From Camelus ferus (Eukaryota): a stretch of DNA of 64,000 nt. A program made the translations under genes and the position numbers. Position 1 is the stretch's first letter; each line of letters begins with the position of its first letter. Shown here in pieces: positions 50,991-64,000 of this stretch. Below the pieces are notes generated by a model. That model was not told where the DNA came from. It was given only the letters and a program-made list of their open reading frames with translations, and made no database searches. The stretch covers positions 5,024,001-5,088,000 of the forward strand of contig NC_045697.1 in assembly GCF_009834535.1 (NCBI RefSeq). Reading direction: 5' to 3'.

Positions 50991-53859
50991 TGGAGCAGAG
51001 TGGGGAAATGGTACTCAAACACACAGAGATATCCATGTGAAACTTTCTTTACTTTCCTCTCTCTAGAATGAAGAACGACAAACATTAGAGAAATTGGCTC
51101 ACTCTTCCTTGCATCTATCTGCAGAGTGTGTTCAGCCCACAGGCTGCTGGCAATCTGGACGGAATGGCTCCTGAACCTACTGCTGTCCTGCACCTAGTCC
51201 AAGGCATCCTCCCAGCGTCACACCCCAGGCCTTGCTGGCAAGCCGCTCCCGTGGAGCCCAGCCATCCTCCTCACTCTCTCGCCCCAAAAAGGGAAACAAC
51301 AGAGCTGCAAGCTGTTTGGTGGCTGCCACCATTTCCTTCCAGAGATGATGGGGCACAGAAATGGATGCTGGATTCAGATGTTTTCTTTCCACGACAAAAA
51401 GCAGTACACACAGTATCTCTTTGGAGTGGGTTGCCATTTACAATAATAAGCGGAACCATTTTTCAGTTTCCTTCCCCCACATTCTGGTGTAATTTGTTCT
51501 CTCCACATTTGGCTGTGAGAAGTGCATTACCAGACTACTTGGATGAACTTGATTTCTGTCCCAGCTGTGTGACTTGCTGTGTGATGGTGGGCAAGTCATT
51601 TAATCTCCTCGAGACTTTGTTTCCTTTCCTGAGATAGGAGGAAGCTCTCATCTTCCCACTCTCTCCCAGGGGAGCTGCTGTTAGCCATGTCAGTGATACA
51701 GTAGCCCTTCCCTCCCCAGACATCAGTCTTAGGCACACACAATCCCCTCCTTGTCAAAGAATTGGGCCCTCTGCTGAGAAACCTATGGAAAATGGTGAGT
51801 GCGAAGAAATCAAGGTCACAGTCTGTAATAAACACTTTTATTCAACTTTAAAAATTAAAGATCGGACTGAATTTAAGAGAACGTCAGTGGCGTTGCACCC
51901 ACTGACTCAGCCATAATGGATACTGGACCGTTCATTCCTGTTTAGTACCTACTACTCACTGGGAATCTTTCAGATCTTCCTCACTCACAGTTTCAACAAG
52001 ATGATTAAAAACGTGGTTTGCTCTTTAGCAAACAAAACACATTTTCTGTGTAAAGTCCTCCATCCAGGCATTCTACGCCATCTTGGCTTCATGGTTCAGG
52101 AACCTATCTCTTAGGTCCCATCTTGGTCCTATGGACCCCAGAGAATTTGGGCAATTGAGATAGGGAGCTCTCTGCTTGGTCTTTATTTTCTCTAAAGTGG
52201 GCAAAATATATTTAAAACTATAAAGTCAAAGTTCATAAAAAGATGCCAGGGGTTGAAAAAAATTACAAGCAAAGTAACTTTAGAGTTGACCAAGCAGTTT
52301 CACCTTCCTCCTGTTATTTCACTGTGAAAAGTCAGTATAACCATTACCCGCAGTGTACAGACAGGAGGCTGAACCCCAGACAGGTCAAAGGGAATTGCTG
52401 GAGGTCACAAAGGTGGAGGGAAGGTCCGTATACCCAGATTGCCGTTCCAGACTCAATGCTCCTTTAAGCAAACCATGCTAGAAGAGAGCTGTGACTGGGG
52501 AAAAACACTGTATTAATATATGAGATCAAATTATTCTGATTCGGACTACTGCACATTTTCACTTTCACTCTGTGCTCCTTGGCGATTGCAGCGGAGTTCT
52601 TTATCTAATTTCTTCACCTTTTCCCAGAGTTCACACCACCTCCCAGTTGAGTCCCATCTGTCAATTTAATTAACCAGCAGCTGTCCCAGTCTTCCAGATC
52701 ATTAATTAAGATCTTCTTCGAAGCCAGACCTAACCCTTTTACCCTCAGATCCTCCCTGGAGAGCTTCGTGTGGCTCTGAAGATAACTGTTTACGTTAACC
52801 CCACATTATATGCTCAGTTTGCAAAGAGAGTTTTGTAACTGTACTATCTCAAAAAGTTAATTTCTCCGGGGACAGACTTGAGCCAGCTCTGAATATGTTT
52901 TGTCAAAATCCAAACACAATAAGCTGTCTCCAAATATTGTTGATGTCTTTGTTATTATTGACATTAAGTAATTAAAAATTATTAATAAAATTCACTGTAG
53001 CATCTTTGGTTTAAATCTAAAACCCGCTGAATGCATATGTATTATCAGGGGACTACACGTGTATCAGCAGACTAAAGTAGCCATCTGTCTATCCTTCCCC
53101 TGCAGGAATCCAAGAATTAGGAAGTTGCCCTACAGAACTAAGTCAAAATAAGAAAAAAAATGTTTATGTATAAAGGTGCTCATCATTTTATATATTATCA
53201 AACATTGGAGCTGATCTTATTGTCTAACAACAGGAGAATGGGTAAGTACATTTTGGTACATCCACATTATGGGATATAATGCTGCTATTAAAACTGACAC
53301 TATGTAATTACAGGGAAGGCACTTGAGATATACTGTCAAGCGGAAAATAAAGAGAACAAATATGCAAAGTCTAGGACAGTCACTCCACACAGAAGAAGGT
53401 CTGTATGGGCACATACTGCAATGAACAGGAGCAAAAAAATATCAAAAGTCAATTTGGAGTTACGAGATTGTGGGGAAATTTGATTGCACATTCAATTTTA
53501 AGTTAATACGTGCCAAGACACCTTAGAAGCACCTCGATGATCATGGTGCGACTCAGGATGTTTGCACTATAGTTCTCTAGTAAATGTGTCAATGCTCACC
53601 TGTAAGCCTTGGGTCCTTCCATTTCAATTAGTCATGAGGTACTTCTAATGGCCAGTATCTGTACTTCTATGCCTAAGAACAATGATCTGGACCTGCAGGA
53701 GGCCATGCATACAGCAGACTGGAAGATCCAAAAATGAACACTTTCTTAGAAGCAGCCTTCAACTACTCTTATGAGTCATACAAACATTCTCACTTTTCAG
53801 GTGGTATAATTTTGAGATGGTAGCTTTGCACCATCTCCCAGATTCTAACAAAGAGCCAA

Positions 53860-55200
53860 AGAAAGTCAGTAGAGAAAGGAAAGTTTTTCAACATTTAGGG
53901 CTGGAACAACTGGTTTTCCATATGAGATAAAAGAAATATCAATCATTACCTCACACCATACATAAAAGATAATCTGAGGTAGATAGTAGAGCTACACATT
54001 GAATATATATTCTAGAAGAATCTCGTAAAACTCTCTGTGATCTGCAGCAAGGAAGAATTCTTAGGGGATAAAAAGCAATGAACATAAAGAAGGAAAGCTC
54101 CTCAGCTGCAGTTCATCAAACTGAACTCTTACTCATCATTGATACTAAATGGAAAATAGAAAGCAAGTCACAGACTATGAAAAAAATATTGGCAGTGTGT
54201 AACTGACCAAGACCTCCCATCCAGAATTTATTAAAGAACATTTATAACTCAATGATTTAAAAAAACAAATAACTCAATTTTAAAAATACAAAAGACTTGG
54301 GCAGACACTTCACACACAAAAAAGAGAGCTATAAATATGAATAAGTAGATGAAAAGTTCCCAACATCATTAGTTATCAGAGGAAAGGAAATTAAAGCCAT
54401 GAGGAAATACCAGCACACACGTGCCTAGAACGGCTACAGTTAAGAAGACTGATGACGCCAAATGTTGAAAAGGACGTGGAACAAGCAGAACGCTCATAAA
54501 CGGCCACTTGCGGTCGTCAATTCACAACGTACGTAAGTCAAGTCAGTATGCTGTGCACCTTCAACACTCAGCGTTGCAGACCAATTACATCTCAACAAAA
54601 CTGGGGAAAAATTGCCACTAGTAGTGACAAATTTTACAGTAACTTTGGAAAACTCTTTGGCAGCTTCTTATAAAGTTGAACGATTCAACTCCTTCCTAAA
54701 TGTTTACCCAATAGAAATGAAAGCATATGTTCACGAAAAGACCTTTACAAGAATGCTCAAGTAGCCTTTCTCATAATAGCCCCAAACTGGAAACAGCAAA
54801 TGTCTCTCAACAGAATAATGGACAATCGAGTGTGGTATTTTAGTACAGCAGAACACTAGACAGTAACAAGAAGGAATGAACTACGTTACACACCATGATA
54901 TGACTGAATCTCAAAAGCATGTTGCCTGAAAGAAGCCAGGCACAAGCTTTCCGTTCATATGAAATTCTAGAATAAGTCAAACTAAACTATGGTGATAGAG
55001 AAAAGAACAGTGATTTCCTGGAAGGTACTGATGGAGATTGACAAGGGAGGTGCATAAAGAAATCTGGGGGTGATAGCAATGTTCTGTATCTTGATAAGAG
55101 TGTGGGCTACATGGGTACCTTTGTCAAAACTAATTAAACTTATTAAGGCATCAAAATCCAACAGTACACTTAAGATATGTGCACACTGCTTCAGAAAAAG
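53860..55200 (+). mobile_element. Ancient L1M (MD/ME-like) ORF2 tail and 3'UTR, with a ~100-bp nested L1 tail at ~54511-54610
   Basis: 'ctggaacaactgg...cctcacaccatac' and 'cataatagccccaaactggaaac'. The nested tail 'gtaagtcaagtcagtatgctgtgcacctt...aaaactggggaaaa' is flanked by aaa(cg/tt)gccact. Confidence 0.75.
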
Positions 55201-57334
55201 AAAAGAACGAAGCCATCCCATATAAAGACACGCTCTCGTGACCACTGTTTACATCTCCGTGGCGTGGTGATTCGCAGGCCAGGGGATCTTGCACAAAGGG
55301 ATGGAGGTGAGCCCTGTGGCACTTGTGTTTTGCGGCTAACTAAGTAGAACATCTTCTGCATTTCTCTGAGGGGACAGACATCATCGATGCTGCAACAAAC
55401 GCTGACATGTCACAGAGTTCCGCAGGGAGAGACGGATGGAAACGCACCAGCTGAGATCCCCGCCCTGACCTCAGGAGACCGAGTGGAATGAGGTCTTCTA
55501 ATCATCTGGGGTGACTGCCCAGTGAGAAGCAAAGCCAAGTATGAGATACACCCTGATGACACATACGAAACAGATGAGCCCGTGTTGATCCAAGTGGGTC
55601 CAGTGAGACGGCTCTCCTTCCTCACTGCCTTGGTGAGCATCAATTCACATCAGTAAACATTTTCTAAGCCCCTAGTCGTGTTGACACTGCCCTTCAGGAG
55701 CTCACTGTCCAGTAGAACAGGGCTCCACCAACCAGGTTAATAAAGTGCTAAAACAGAGGTGTGGGCAGGAGACCACCAACTCCTTAGGGCTGGTGGGGAG
55801 CGGCCAGGGAGGGCTTCAGAGTGGGGCTGACATTTGTGCTAAGTCTTCACAAAGGTGTAACTCGATGGCTTTGCTCTGATGATTAAAGTAATAGAGGTTC
55901 ATTGTGGAAAAAAATTAGAAAATAGAAAAGCACTGAGTATTAAGTGAACCCCAACCTAGACCCAATCATTCAGAGATGAGCTCTGTAACCATTACGACTG
56001 CGTCTTTCCCGCCAGACCTTCCCATGCTAAGTCCTCTCTAGGCATCTTCCACGAAGGTGGGATCCTGTTACACATGTTGTTCTACAGGACGTTTTCTTTA
56101 ATACTTAACCATGTATCCTTGCCAGCTCTTCCTGCGTGTCTGAGTCCACGTAGCCATTTTTAACATTGTAAGTTGTGTTCTACATTTAACCGACCTTCTC
56201 CTGGAACGTTCACCATTGTGTTAAGTTGTTTACAATTGTTACAAGTGTTTAACCACGTCTTAGAGAGGGAGGAGCTTCCATGAAGATGAGGGAGGGAGAA
56301 AGGAAGAGATGACTGCAGGCACGAAGGTCAGGGTAAAGAGCACGAAGAATTTGGGGAATGCGAGCAATGCTGAGAGGCTGGGGCACAGGCTGCGTGCAGA
56401 GCCAAGACAGCAGAGGGGAATACGGTCAGACCGAAAGGGTCTTCTCGGCCAGTCGAGGGATTTGCACCTGAGCCCCAAAGTCTTGGGGAGCAAATTAAAA
56501 GCCTGAATCAGCAGAGTGACACCAACAGATCTGTGTTTGTGAAAGGCCACTCTTCCCTTCCTGAGCATTCTGTTGCCTTGGTCATTCTCATCTTGGGTAT
56601 CTATTCCTACCGGTTCAGGAAGCACATTCCCACCCAAGACTGCAGGGGCTGAACACAAGCCAGAGGCGGCAGGCGAGCCCTTTCGCCGAGTTCTGTTCCC
56701 TGTGGACACCTCAGCCTTGAAGAGCTCTCCTCTGAGGTGCGGCGCAGGCTAGTCCTCCTCTCAGGTCTGAGCCCCAGCTTCTGGATGGCTTGCTTGGCTT
56801 AGGGACACATTGCAGGTTTGGGCATATGTGGTTTTGACCGACATGCTCTAGTTTAGGGGCCAAGAGCTGCCAGTAAGAAGTCTACTGACATGAAGAGAGT
56901 CTGGGGCACCGAGGTGAAGTGGGGTGAACTCTCTCGCACTCCAAGGATGTGAACATTCTGGATAAAAGACAACCAAACGATCTAAATCATCTACCCAAGC
57001 TCAAGTGGGGAAAGGAGATGGGGGTTGGGCCCAAGATAAGCGGGAGAAGAGGGAAGTGAGTGCTCCACGGATGCAGACTGAAATGATTGGCAGACAAATG
57101 AAGGCGTGAACCGAGGCAGCTCTGGCCCCCGGGTGCCCAGCGCAGGGCCTGACACACAGTGGCCGCTTAGTGCTTGTTCGAGAAGAAGACGATTCTCATT
57201 TTCCATGAGCAGCACCATTTGTCGGCAAAAGAGAGAGGACACCAAGTTCTCCGGCTGCTCCTGCCCGCCAGCCCCAGGCAGGCTGCGGGGTAGCTCCTCT
57301 TCTGAGCCAAAACCAGACTCATCCTGGCTCTGAG

Positions 57335-57680
57335 AGAGTCCAGCTAATTAGGCTCTTGTCTGCCAACAGAGAGCGTGGATGATCGCGGCGTGGAAATCGT
57401 TAGCGGCGAAGAGGAGGAGAGGGCGGGAGCGGGGGGGCGGGGCGGCAGCAATTTGTTAGAGGCAATGAAACGGAGCGAGCGGCTATGCCTCCCGCTAAAT
57501 TACCATGTGTGCTAAGTGTACATGCACCAGTAATTGTTGGCTGCTGCTCATTTACATTTGATTAGTATATTTGCGGTTTTTAATTGCATTTGAATATGTC
57601 TGCCCCTGACACTGTCAAGACCATCGCAGCTGTCAGCAACCCTCGGTGCTTTTTCTGCTCATAAAATGCAGATCTGCTGC
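57335..57680. promoter_or_regulatory. Candidate conserved non-coding element or enhancer
   Basis: No repeat recognised. Local CpG cluster and GC box, followed by TAATTA/TAATTG/TGATTA, TGACACTGTCA, CAGCTGTCA and CTCATAAAA motifs. Motif-based only. Confidence 0.5.
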
Positions 57681-57789
57681 CCAGGTCTTCGTCTTATCCA
57701 GATAATGACGGTGGTAGCCATGACAAGAACAATTCTGATGACTCCTGTTCCGAGCATCCACTATGTTTTGGAGGCTGTTCTAGGTGCAG

Positions 57790-57995
57790 AATTTTAAGTT
57801 GGATAAAATTGGGTTTCATTCCTGGTTCTTTTCTTTACCACTGTGTGATTTCAGGCAAGTTTCTTAACCTCTCTGATCCCCAGTTTTATCCTGTGTAAAC
57901 ATGCCTGCTTTGCACGAACTGCTGTGAAAGCTGACGACGACGGGTTAAGGAGCCTGGTGCGCGGCAGGGGCTGTGTCCGTGATGACTGTTATTAC
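57790..57995 (+). mobile_element. MIR SINE
   Basis: 'ctgtgtgatttcaggcaagtttcttaacctctctgatccccagttttatcctgtgtaaa'. Confidence 0.75.
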
Positions 57996-58269
57996 TCTCG
58001 TTTACCAGAAAATCTCCTCTGTCCCCACTGCGATCTTTGCCACAGGCCTCATCACTGCTTACCTGGACTGAAGCAATGGCTCCCCTAACGGATCTGTCTG
58101 CCTCCAACCTCTCTCCTCCAGCTGCTCCGCACACACGCAAATCTGACTGCACGTCTTGTCCATGTTCACAGATTGCGGATGGCTCTTTGAAGCCCGCAGG
58201 ACAAGTAAGTTCCAAGCCTCATAAAAAGACACACAGAGTCTTCATGTAAAGGGTCAGGCTACAGTGACG

Positions 58270-58706
58270 GAAGCTGTGGCCCGTCACCTAGACCCCTGAG
58301 CAAGACTGCAGGCTCACTCTTCAGCGGCCGGCAGAGCTGAGGGTGGACAGCCCTCAGACATCAGCTGCTTATAAAATTACCTCAGCTTAAGAGAGCTGCC
58401 TTGGCCAAGGTCACCCGCCTCTTCCTGGGCAGCCCACAGCCACTGCCTGGCCAACCTGGGGGTTGAAACTCCTGGCCCTGTCACCTCAACTCAGGATAAC
58501 TCTGAAGAGCTGGCCAGCTTCAAAATGCCCCCGGGGCCATCTGAGGCTTCCCTGAGACTCCACCAGGACCAGCACTGCCTCCTCCCTTCTGCTCCCTTCT
58601 CCAGGTGCTGGTTCCCAGGGCACTCCCTAATGAGGCGCTCCCTACTCACCACACCCCCAGCTTGCTAATTCCCACTTCCTGCTTCCCAAGAAACCAACCT
58701 GCAACC
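58270..58706 (+). mobile_element. LTR16A-like ERVL solo LTR
   Basis: 'agagagctgccttggccaaggtcac...gggcagcccaca', 'caactcaggataactctgaag', 'cagggcactccctaat' and 'ctgcttcccaagaaaccaacctgcaac' follow the recalled LTR16A consensus. Confidence 0.82.
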
Positions 58707-59349
58707 CAGGCAACCTCTCTAGATCGGGCCCCCACCTCTCTCACATGTCTCACATATGCCAGATGTCCTTCCTCCCTCTAGGTCATCCACTGACCCAGCT
58801 CCCTGTTCCTACTCTCACTTCTCTCCCTTTCTAGAAGGTCCTTTTGAACTTGGCAGCCTAGAGAGCTCCTACTCCTTCAGCAGGTGCAGAGTGAACGGCA
58901 CCTCCTCCAGGAAGCCTCTCCTGATTGTCTGGGGGCAGAATTCGGGTGTGGGTCCTCTGGGCCCCGAGAGGCCTGTCAGTCTCTGTACGTGCAGGTTGCA
59001 CTGTATTCTAATCGCCTGTTTGGTCTCTGCTCCCTACCAGCTGTGCTCCTTCAGGCCACATCTGGGGCCTCTCAGTGCCCCTTCAGGCCATATCAGGGCT
59101 CAGCCAGGATCTGGTACATGGCAGGAGCTTAGCAAATTTCTGTTTAATGTATGGAAATCCCACCATGCCCAGGACTGGGCACTAGCAGACATTGGTAAGG
59201 GTGTTGTTAATAGCATTGTTGTCCTTTGAGAGGAGCTGTTTCAGGAGAGGGCCCAGAGCTCAGCTTACACATGGGAAGTCTGACACGGGGAGGTAGGGTG
59301 CGGGTCCTGTAGCCCTGTTGGGGTATGGAAGCTAATAAAATAAACACAT

Positions 59350-59580
59350 GCCAGCAACATTTACTGAGACCTAAGTGTGTGCTGGGCACTTCAAATTACA
59401 TTAATACATTCAACCAGGTGATTCTCTCAAAACCTCCAAGCTACAATGATTCTCCCAATGCACTATGAGGAAACTGAGGCTGAGAAAGGGTCCATAACCT
59501 GCCCAAGGTCACACAGCTGGCGAGTGGCAGACTGGGACATGAGCCCAGCACTGCACGGTCTGCACTTTTAACCCCAAGGC
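59350..59580 (-). mobile_element. MIR SINE
   Basis: 'catttactgagacctaagtgtgtgctgggcac...atgaggaaactgaggctgagaaaggg...taacctgcccaaggtcacacagctgg'. Confidence 0.88.
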
Positions 59581-60057
59581 TGAGTCACTTCTCAATAACA
59601 TCTTCATTTTTGTTTCTGTTCCCTGACTTGACCATCACAACACTAATACTGACTTTATTAAGTACTGACTCTGCTCTGCCACTGCTCTCAATGCTCCTTA
59701 TGAACCGACTCACCCAGTGTTCTCCACGAGCCCAGCAGTGGGCACAGAGATGTGAAGCGACTGAGCAGAGTCACACAGTCAATACAGAGGACCTGGGATC
59801 TGGACTCAGGAAATCTCACCCCACGACCCACACCCTTTCCTACTGTAGTGTTAAAATGAGATGGGAGCCACTGAAAGATTCTGAGCAGAGAGTAACAGAG
59901 TAAGCATTCAAAGTGTCCCCCTGGCTGCTGTGTTGAGAAGAGACCGCAGGGGGCCAAGGATGGGAGAAGGAGATCACTGAGGGGAAAGATGGTAGTGGTC
60001 AGAGGAGAGCCATTAAGGTGAAGTGAAGAGGAGCTGAAGGGTTCCGGGCAGAAGTCT

Positions 60058-60175
60058 GCATTCATTCACTCACCCATTCCTTCATTCACCCACCCATTCA
60101 CTCATTCACCCATTCATTCATTCACTCATTCATTTCCTCATTCACTCACTCACTCATTCATTCATTCACTCATTC
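60058..60175. repeat. Degenerate (TTCA/CTCA)n tetranucleotide repeat, probably an L2 tail
   Basis: About 118 bp of cattcattcactcaccc-type units. Confidence 0.9.
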
Positions 60176-61064
60176 CTGGAGTGCCTCCTTTGCATCTTTC
60201 ATAGAGGCAGCTCCATCCTCCCCTGTGTGAGACCCCAAGCAAGATGCCGAGAATCCTGGGTTCGAGGCAGGCACAACCCCCACCTTCAAGGAGCTCAGCA
60301 CCTCACCAAGAAAGGAGACAGCAAACACAAGACTGCACAGCGCATTCTGAAAGACAAGGTGGGGCTTATCTCAGAGGAGCCCATCCGCTGTGTGCCCAAG
60401 CCGAGCTCAGATCACGCAAGGCTGCTGGAACCCAACGAGAGAGCCAGTCACTCAGGGGACAGGATGTCTGCCCTGGACCTCAAAGTTAGAAAAGTAGTGA
60501 AAGGAGGCTCAGACAGACGGAGAGAGCGGCGTAAACATACACTTGGCTAGCGTTCAGAGAATAGTGGTGCTCGAAGTCTGTGCCGAAGGACGCAGCTGTG
60601 CCACTTCACGGGGAAGCAGCAAAGGGCTGGGGCGGCTCGGCCTGGGGAGGGAGGGCCTCTGACGGAGGCTGGCCTTGAGCCTGCTCTTTCAGGTGCCGTC
60701 CCCTCCCGGCTCTGTGCTCCGGCCCGCAGAAAACCCTAGGTCCTCCTCCTGGGAGTGCAGCCTGGGACACCCTGCCTGCAACAAAGCGTTCCGTCCATTA
60801 AACTCCACACGCGCTCTGAAAGAGAGCCTCTGGCTTAAAAGACATGCAGTTTGTAAGTTCCAAGTGTGGTCCCAGGAACAGCACGTCCTGCCTCTGGGTT
60901 CAGTGTCTGCGTCTGTAGCAGATGGGAAGACCCGATGAGCTCAACTCTAGAGCTCAGAGCCCACGATTTCCTTCTAATCTCAGGGTAACCACCAACCAAA
61001 GCAGCCACTTACAGGCAGCACAGCCCGGGATTTGCGACATCCTTGCACACTTTATGTTCCCTGT

Positions 61065-61628
61065 ATGTTATACTTCAGTGCCCCACGAGGGGCAAACTGC
61101 TCGGACACGTGAGAGCATATGTTCACCACAGACAGGAGTATTCCTAGCAGCCTTGTTAATAATGGCCCCAAATTATAAGCAACCCCACTGTCCATCAGCA
61201 GCAGAATGATTAAGCAAACTACAGTATATTCAAATAGCAGAATGGTACACAGCAGTGGTACACTTCTGAGTGTACACAGCACAGCAACTTCTGAGATACA
61301 ACAGAAGAATGTCAAAGGCCCTGTTAAATAAAAGAAGCCAAACATAAGAGTATTTATTCCATTATTCCGTTCATATAAAGTAAAAAGAGACCACACAGTC
61401 TTCTAGGGACAGAGACTGGAAGAGCAGTAACCTCTTAGTGGGGCACTGACCAGGAAGGAAGGAGCATGAGAGAGTCTTCCAGGGCACTGACAATGTCCCA
61501 TATCTTGATTTGGGTGGCTGTCCCTAAGGTATATACACATATAAAAATCTGTTTACCTGTACAGTTAAGATTTATGCACTTTTCTATATGTATGTTACAC
61601 TTCAATTTAAAAATAAATTTAAAAAAAT
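61065..61628 (+). mobile_element. Ancient L1ME-like 3' end
   Basis: 'attcctagcagccttgttaataatggccccaaattataagcaacccc' and 'ttaagatttatgcacttttctatatgtatgttacacttcaattt', then an A-rich tail. Confidence 0.8.
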
Positions 61629-62269
61629 CTTATGAGGTCAGTTATTAATTAAGGGAAGGAGAAAGTCAGATGACTGTGATGGTGTCAAAATAACACAAGG
61701 ACTTTGCTGATGCAAGACATTCATCTCGACCTTTAGACACCAAACCCCATTAGCTTTCTACATACACCGACAACTTGATATGTGGGTAACAGACGTGCCC
61801 CGCTCTAATCCTGAACAGGCAAGATCCCTTAGGTATGCGATCTCAGAGAACTTGCCTTCATTTTCCTCAGGGCACTTATCTCAGTTTAAAATAACACGCT
61901 GTTGCACTGAGTATTTGATTAATGTCAGTCTGCCCCACTGGGCTGTGAAACCCGGAGTGGTGTCTGAGTTTACTCACTGTGGAATCACCAACATTTAGCT
62001 AAGTGCCGACTGTGCAGAAGATTCTCAGTAAATACTTTTTAAGTGAATGATGGCAACTGGTAATAAACTAGGAATTTTCTATATGGAATGTTTATTGATG
62101 CTTGAGGATAACTCAAAAGAAAAACCAAGACCATCACATCCACGTCATCTGATAAGCGTTTACCTTTGTTTTTTGTAATCTTCTAAAAAATGAGCAAAAT
62201 TTCACAAACTGCATCAAAGAACATGACACACATGAAGTTCGAAGGTAAGACCTAACTGAGGATTACATT

Positions 62270-62945
62270 TTGGTTACAGTTAAGTTAAGCTAGATCTTAA
62301 TCACAAAATGTTAACTAGAAAATCCCCAGATGTTCGGAAATTTAAAAATAAACTTCTCAAAAACTAATGAGTCAAAGCAAAAATTACCATGGAAATTGGA
62401 AAATAATTAGAACTGGATGATAATGAAAATATGCTGTATTAAAGTTTGTGTGATTCAGATAAAGCCATGCTTTGAAGAAAATTGTAGCTTTGAAGAAAAT
62501 TGTAGCTTTAAGTGCATTGTGAGAAAGAAAAAATAATGCTGGAAATTAATGATGCATGAATACATCTAAAGAAATTAGAAAAAAATTTTAAATTGCAAAC
62601 TAGGAAGTGATTTTTAAAAAGTGCATAATCAACGAAACAGAAACAAGTGTACAATATGGAAAACCAGTAAAGCAAAAGTTACTTCTTGGAAACCTCTAAT
62701 AAAGTTAATAAACCCCGGTAACGTTGATGAAGAAAATAAGGAAAGACACAAAGTCAGGGGCAGAGAGGCATCATTACAGATCCTAGAGACAACCCGGCTA
62801 TAAGAGGTACGGTACACTGATTTATGACAACAAATTTAAAAATTTAGATGAAGTTAAAAACTCTAGACAGGCCTGGCTTACTACATCTAGCACATGTAGA
62901 AACAGAAAACCTGAGTGATCCTATAGCTGTGAAATAAATTACAGG
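62270..62945 (+). mobile_element. Ancient L1M ORF2 fragment containing a perfect 18-bp tandem duplication
   Basis: 'aataaacttctcaaaaactaatgagtcaaagc', 'gaggcatcattacagatcctagagac' and 'caacaaatttaaaaatttagatgaa'. Confidence 0.75.
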
Positions 62946-63699
62946 GATGTGCCAGGTTCTGGGGATTCTGGATGAATACGCCACCACCCTTGCCCCAACA
63001 CTCAATCTCAACAACATGTCCAGTTGGAGCACCAGGCGTGGGTTTATGTAGGCTTTCTTCAGGCAGAGGTGGAGGGGTGCTCCCTCTAGGCAGAGAAAAA
63101 CAACGTAAGTCTACCCAGGAAGCCACAAGGCAAGTGGATGAACCCTGTGTTCCTGGAGCCGGAGGCACCGGGGGCTTTCCAGGAGGCAGCACTGCAAAGG
63201 GATGTTAAGGCCAAATTTTGTAGCCAGAGTGAAGAGTCTAATTGTTCCAGTAGGTGTTCCGGAGCTTCTGGTGATGTATAAACGTGGAAAAGACGAGGAA
63301 AGGGTAAAAGACAATTGACACAGATGTTTCTAAACCAACGCTAGAAGGAAGAGAAGAAAAAGGAAACAAGTTTCCTGGCCGCAGACCAGGTGTTTTCATA
63401 TATGCTGGCTGATCGGGTTCATTCCATCAGGAGGATGTCTGTGATGCCCATCACCGTCTTCAGAGGAGACAAGTGATGCTTAGAGAGGTTAACAGAGAAG
63501 TGACAAGGGCCACCTGTTGCGTGAGCAGCAGAGCCGGGACCAAGCAAATGTTTACATGGCCGTAAGTCCTGTGCGGTTCCTTCATGCCACGGGCAAAAAG
63601 ACACTTTGAAACAGACAGATTCAGTAACAGTCCCTTTTGTTTACACTTCCTTCTCCCTACGCCCTGAGGAAGGCCCCTACAAGGACTCCCAGCCCTGTG

Positions 63700-64000
63700 A
63701 CTCACACTGGCCAAGGTGACACCAGCGAACACGAGGATGTGCGACGTGCAGCACGCCTGCGCTCTGGAGCTTACCCTCCTGCTGCTCTGAGAACCTGGCA
63801 CCGCCCCGGGAGGGAGGCTGAACCTGCGGTGGATGATGGGAGACACAGGGGTCAGTCTCCCAGCCGACAGCCAGCCAACCCCAGGAACCAGAGCCACTTG
63901 GCTGATGGGTGGCTGATGGCAAACACATGAGAGCCCAGTGGAAACCAGCAGAGAGACAGCTCAGTTGGCTCAGCCCCAAATTCTGACCCACCCCAAGAAT
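63700..64000 (+). mobile_element. MLT1-like LTR, running off the window end
   Basis: 'agccgacagccagccaacc...agagcccagtggaaaccagcagag...ctcagccccaaattctgacccac'. Confidence 0.55.

Overview
Mammalian genomic DNA, most likely camelid: it carries a Vic-1-type tRNA-derived SINE, and I saw no Alu, Bov-A/BovB or PRE elements. The only host protein-coding sequence I can support is one 174-bp internal exon of the kinase STK32B on the minus strand (22074-22247). The rest appears to be intron, densely filled with L1, L2, MIR, MaLR/ERVL/ERV1 LTRs, a MER20 and microsatellites. Almost all ORF-track entries are noise or transposon remnants. Main points of interest: (1) three independent ORF2-less L1-type elements, namely a younger lineage-specific L1 with 5'UTR, ORF1, 3' end and a perfect 13-bp TSD but almost no ORF2 (38264-41889), an ancient L1MB-like element with the same architecture (42890-45611), and a near-complete HAL1 (~17850-21319); (2) two same-family ERV1 solo LTRs, one of which has tandemly duplicated a 48-bp unit carrying a near-GAS/STAT motif; (3) a repeat-free, CpG- and homeobox/MEIS-motif-rich block at ~57.3-57.7 kb that resembles a developmental enhancer; (4) a 33-bp inverted repeat at an L1 truncation junction. 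Repeat family names come from recalled consensus sequences, not from a database search.
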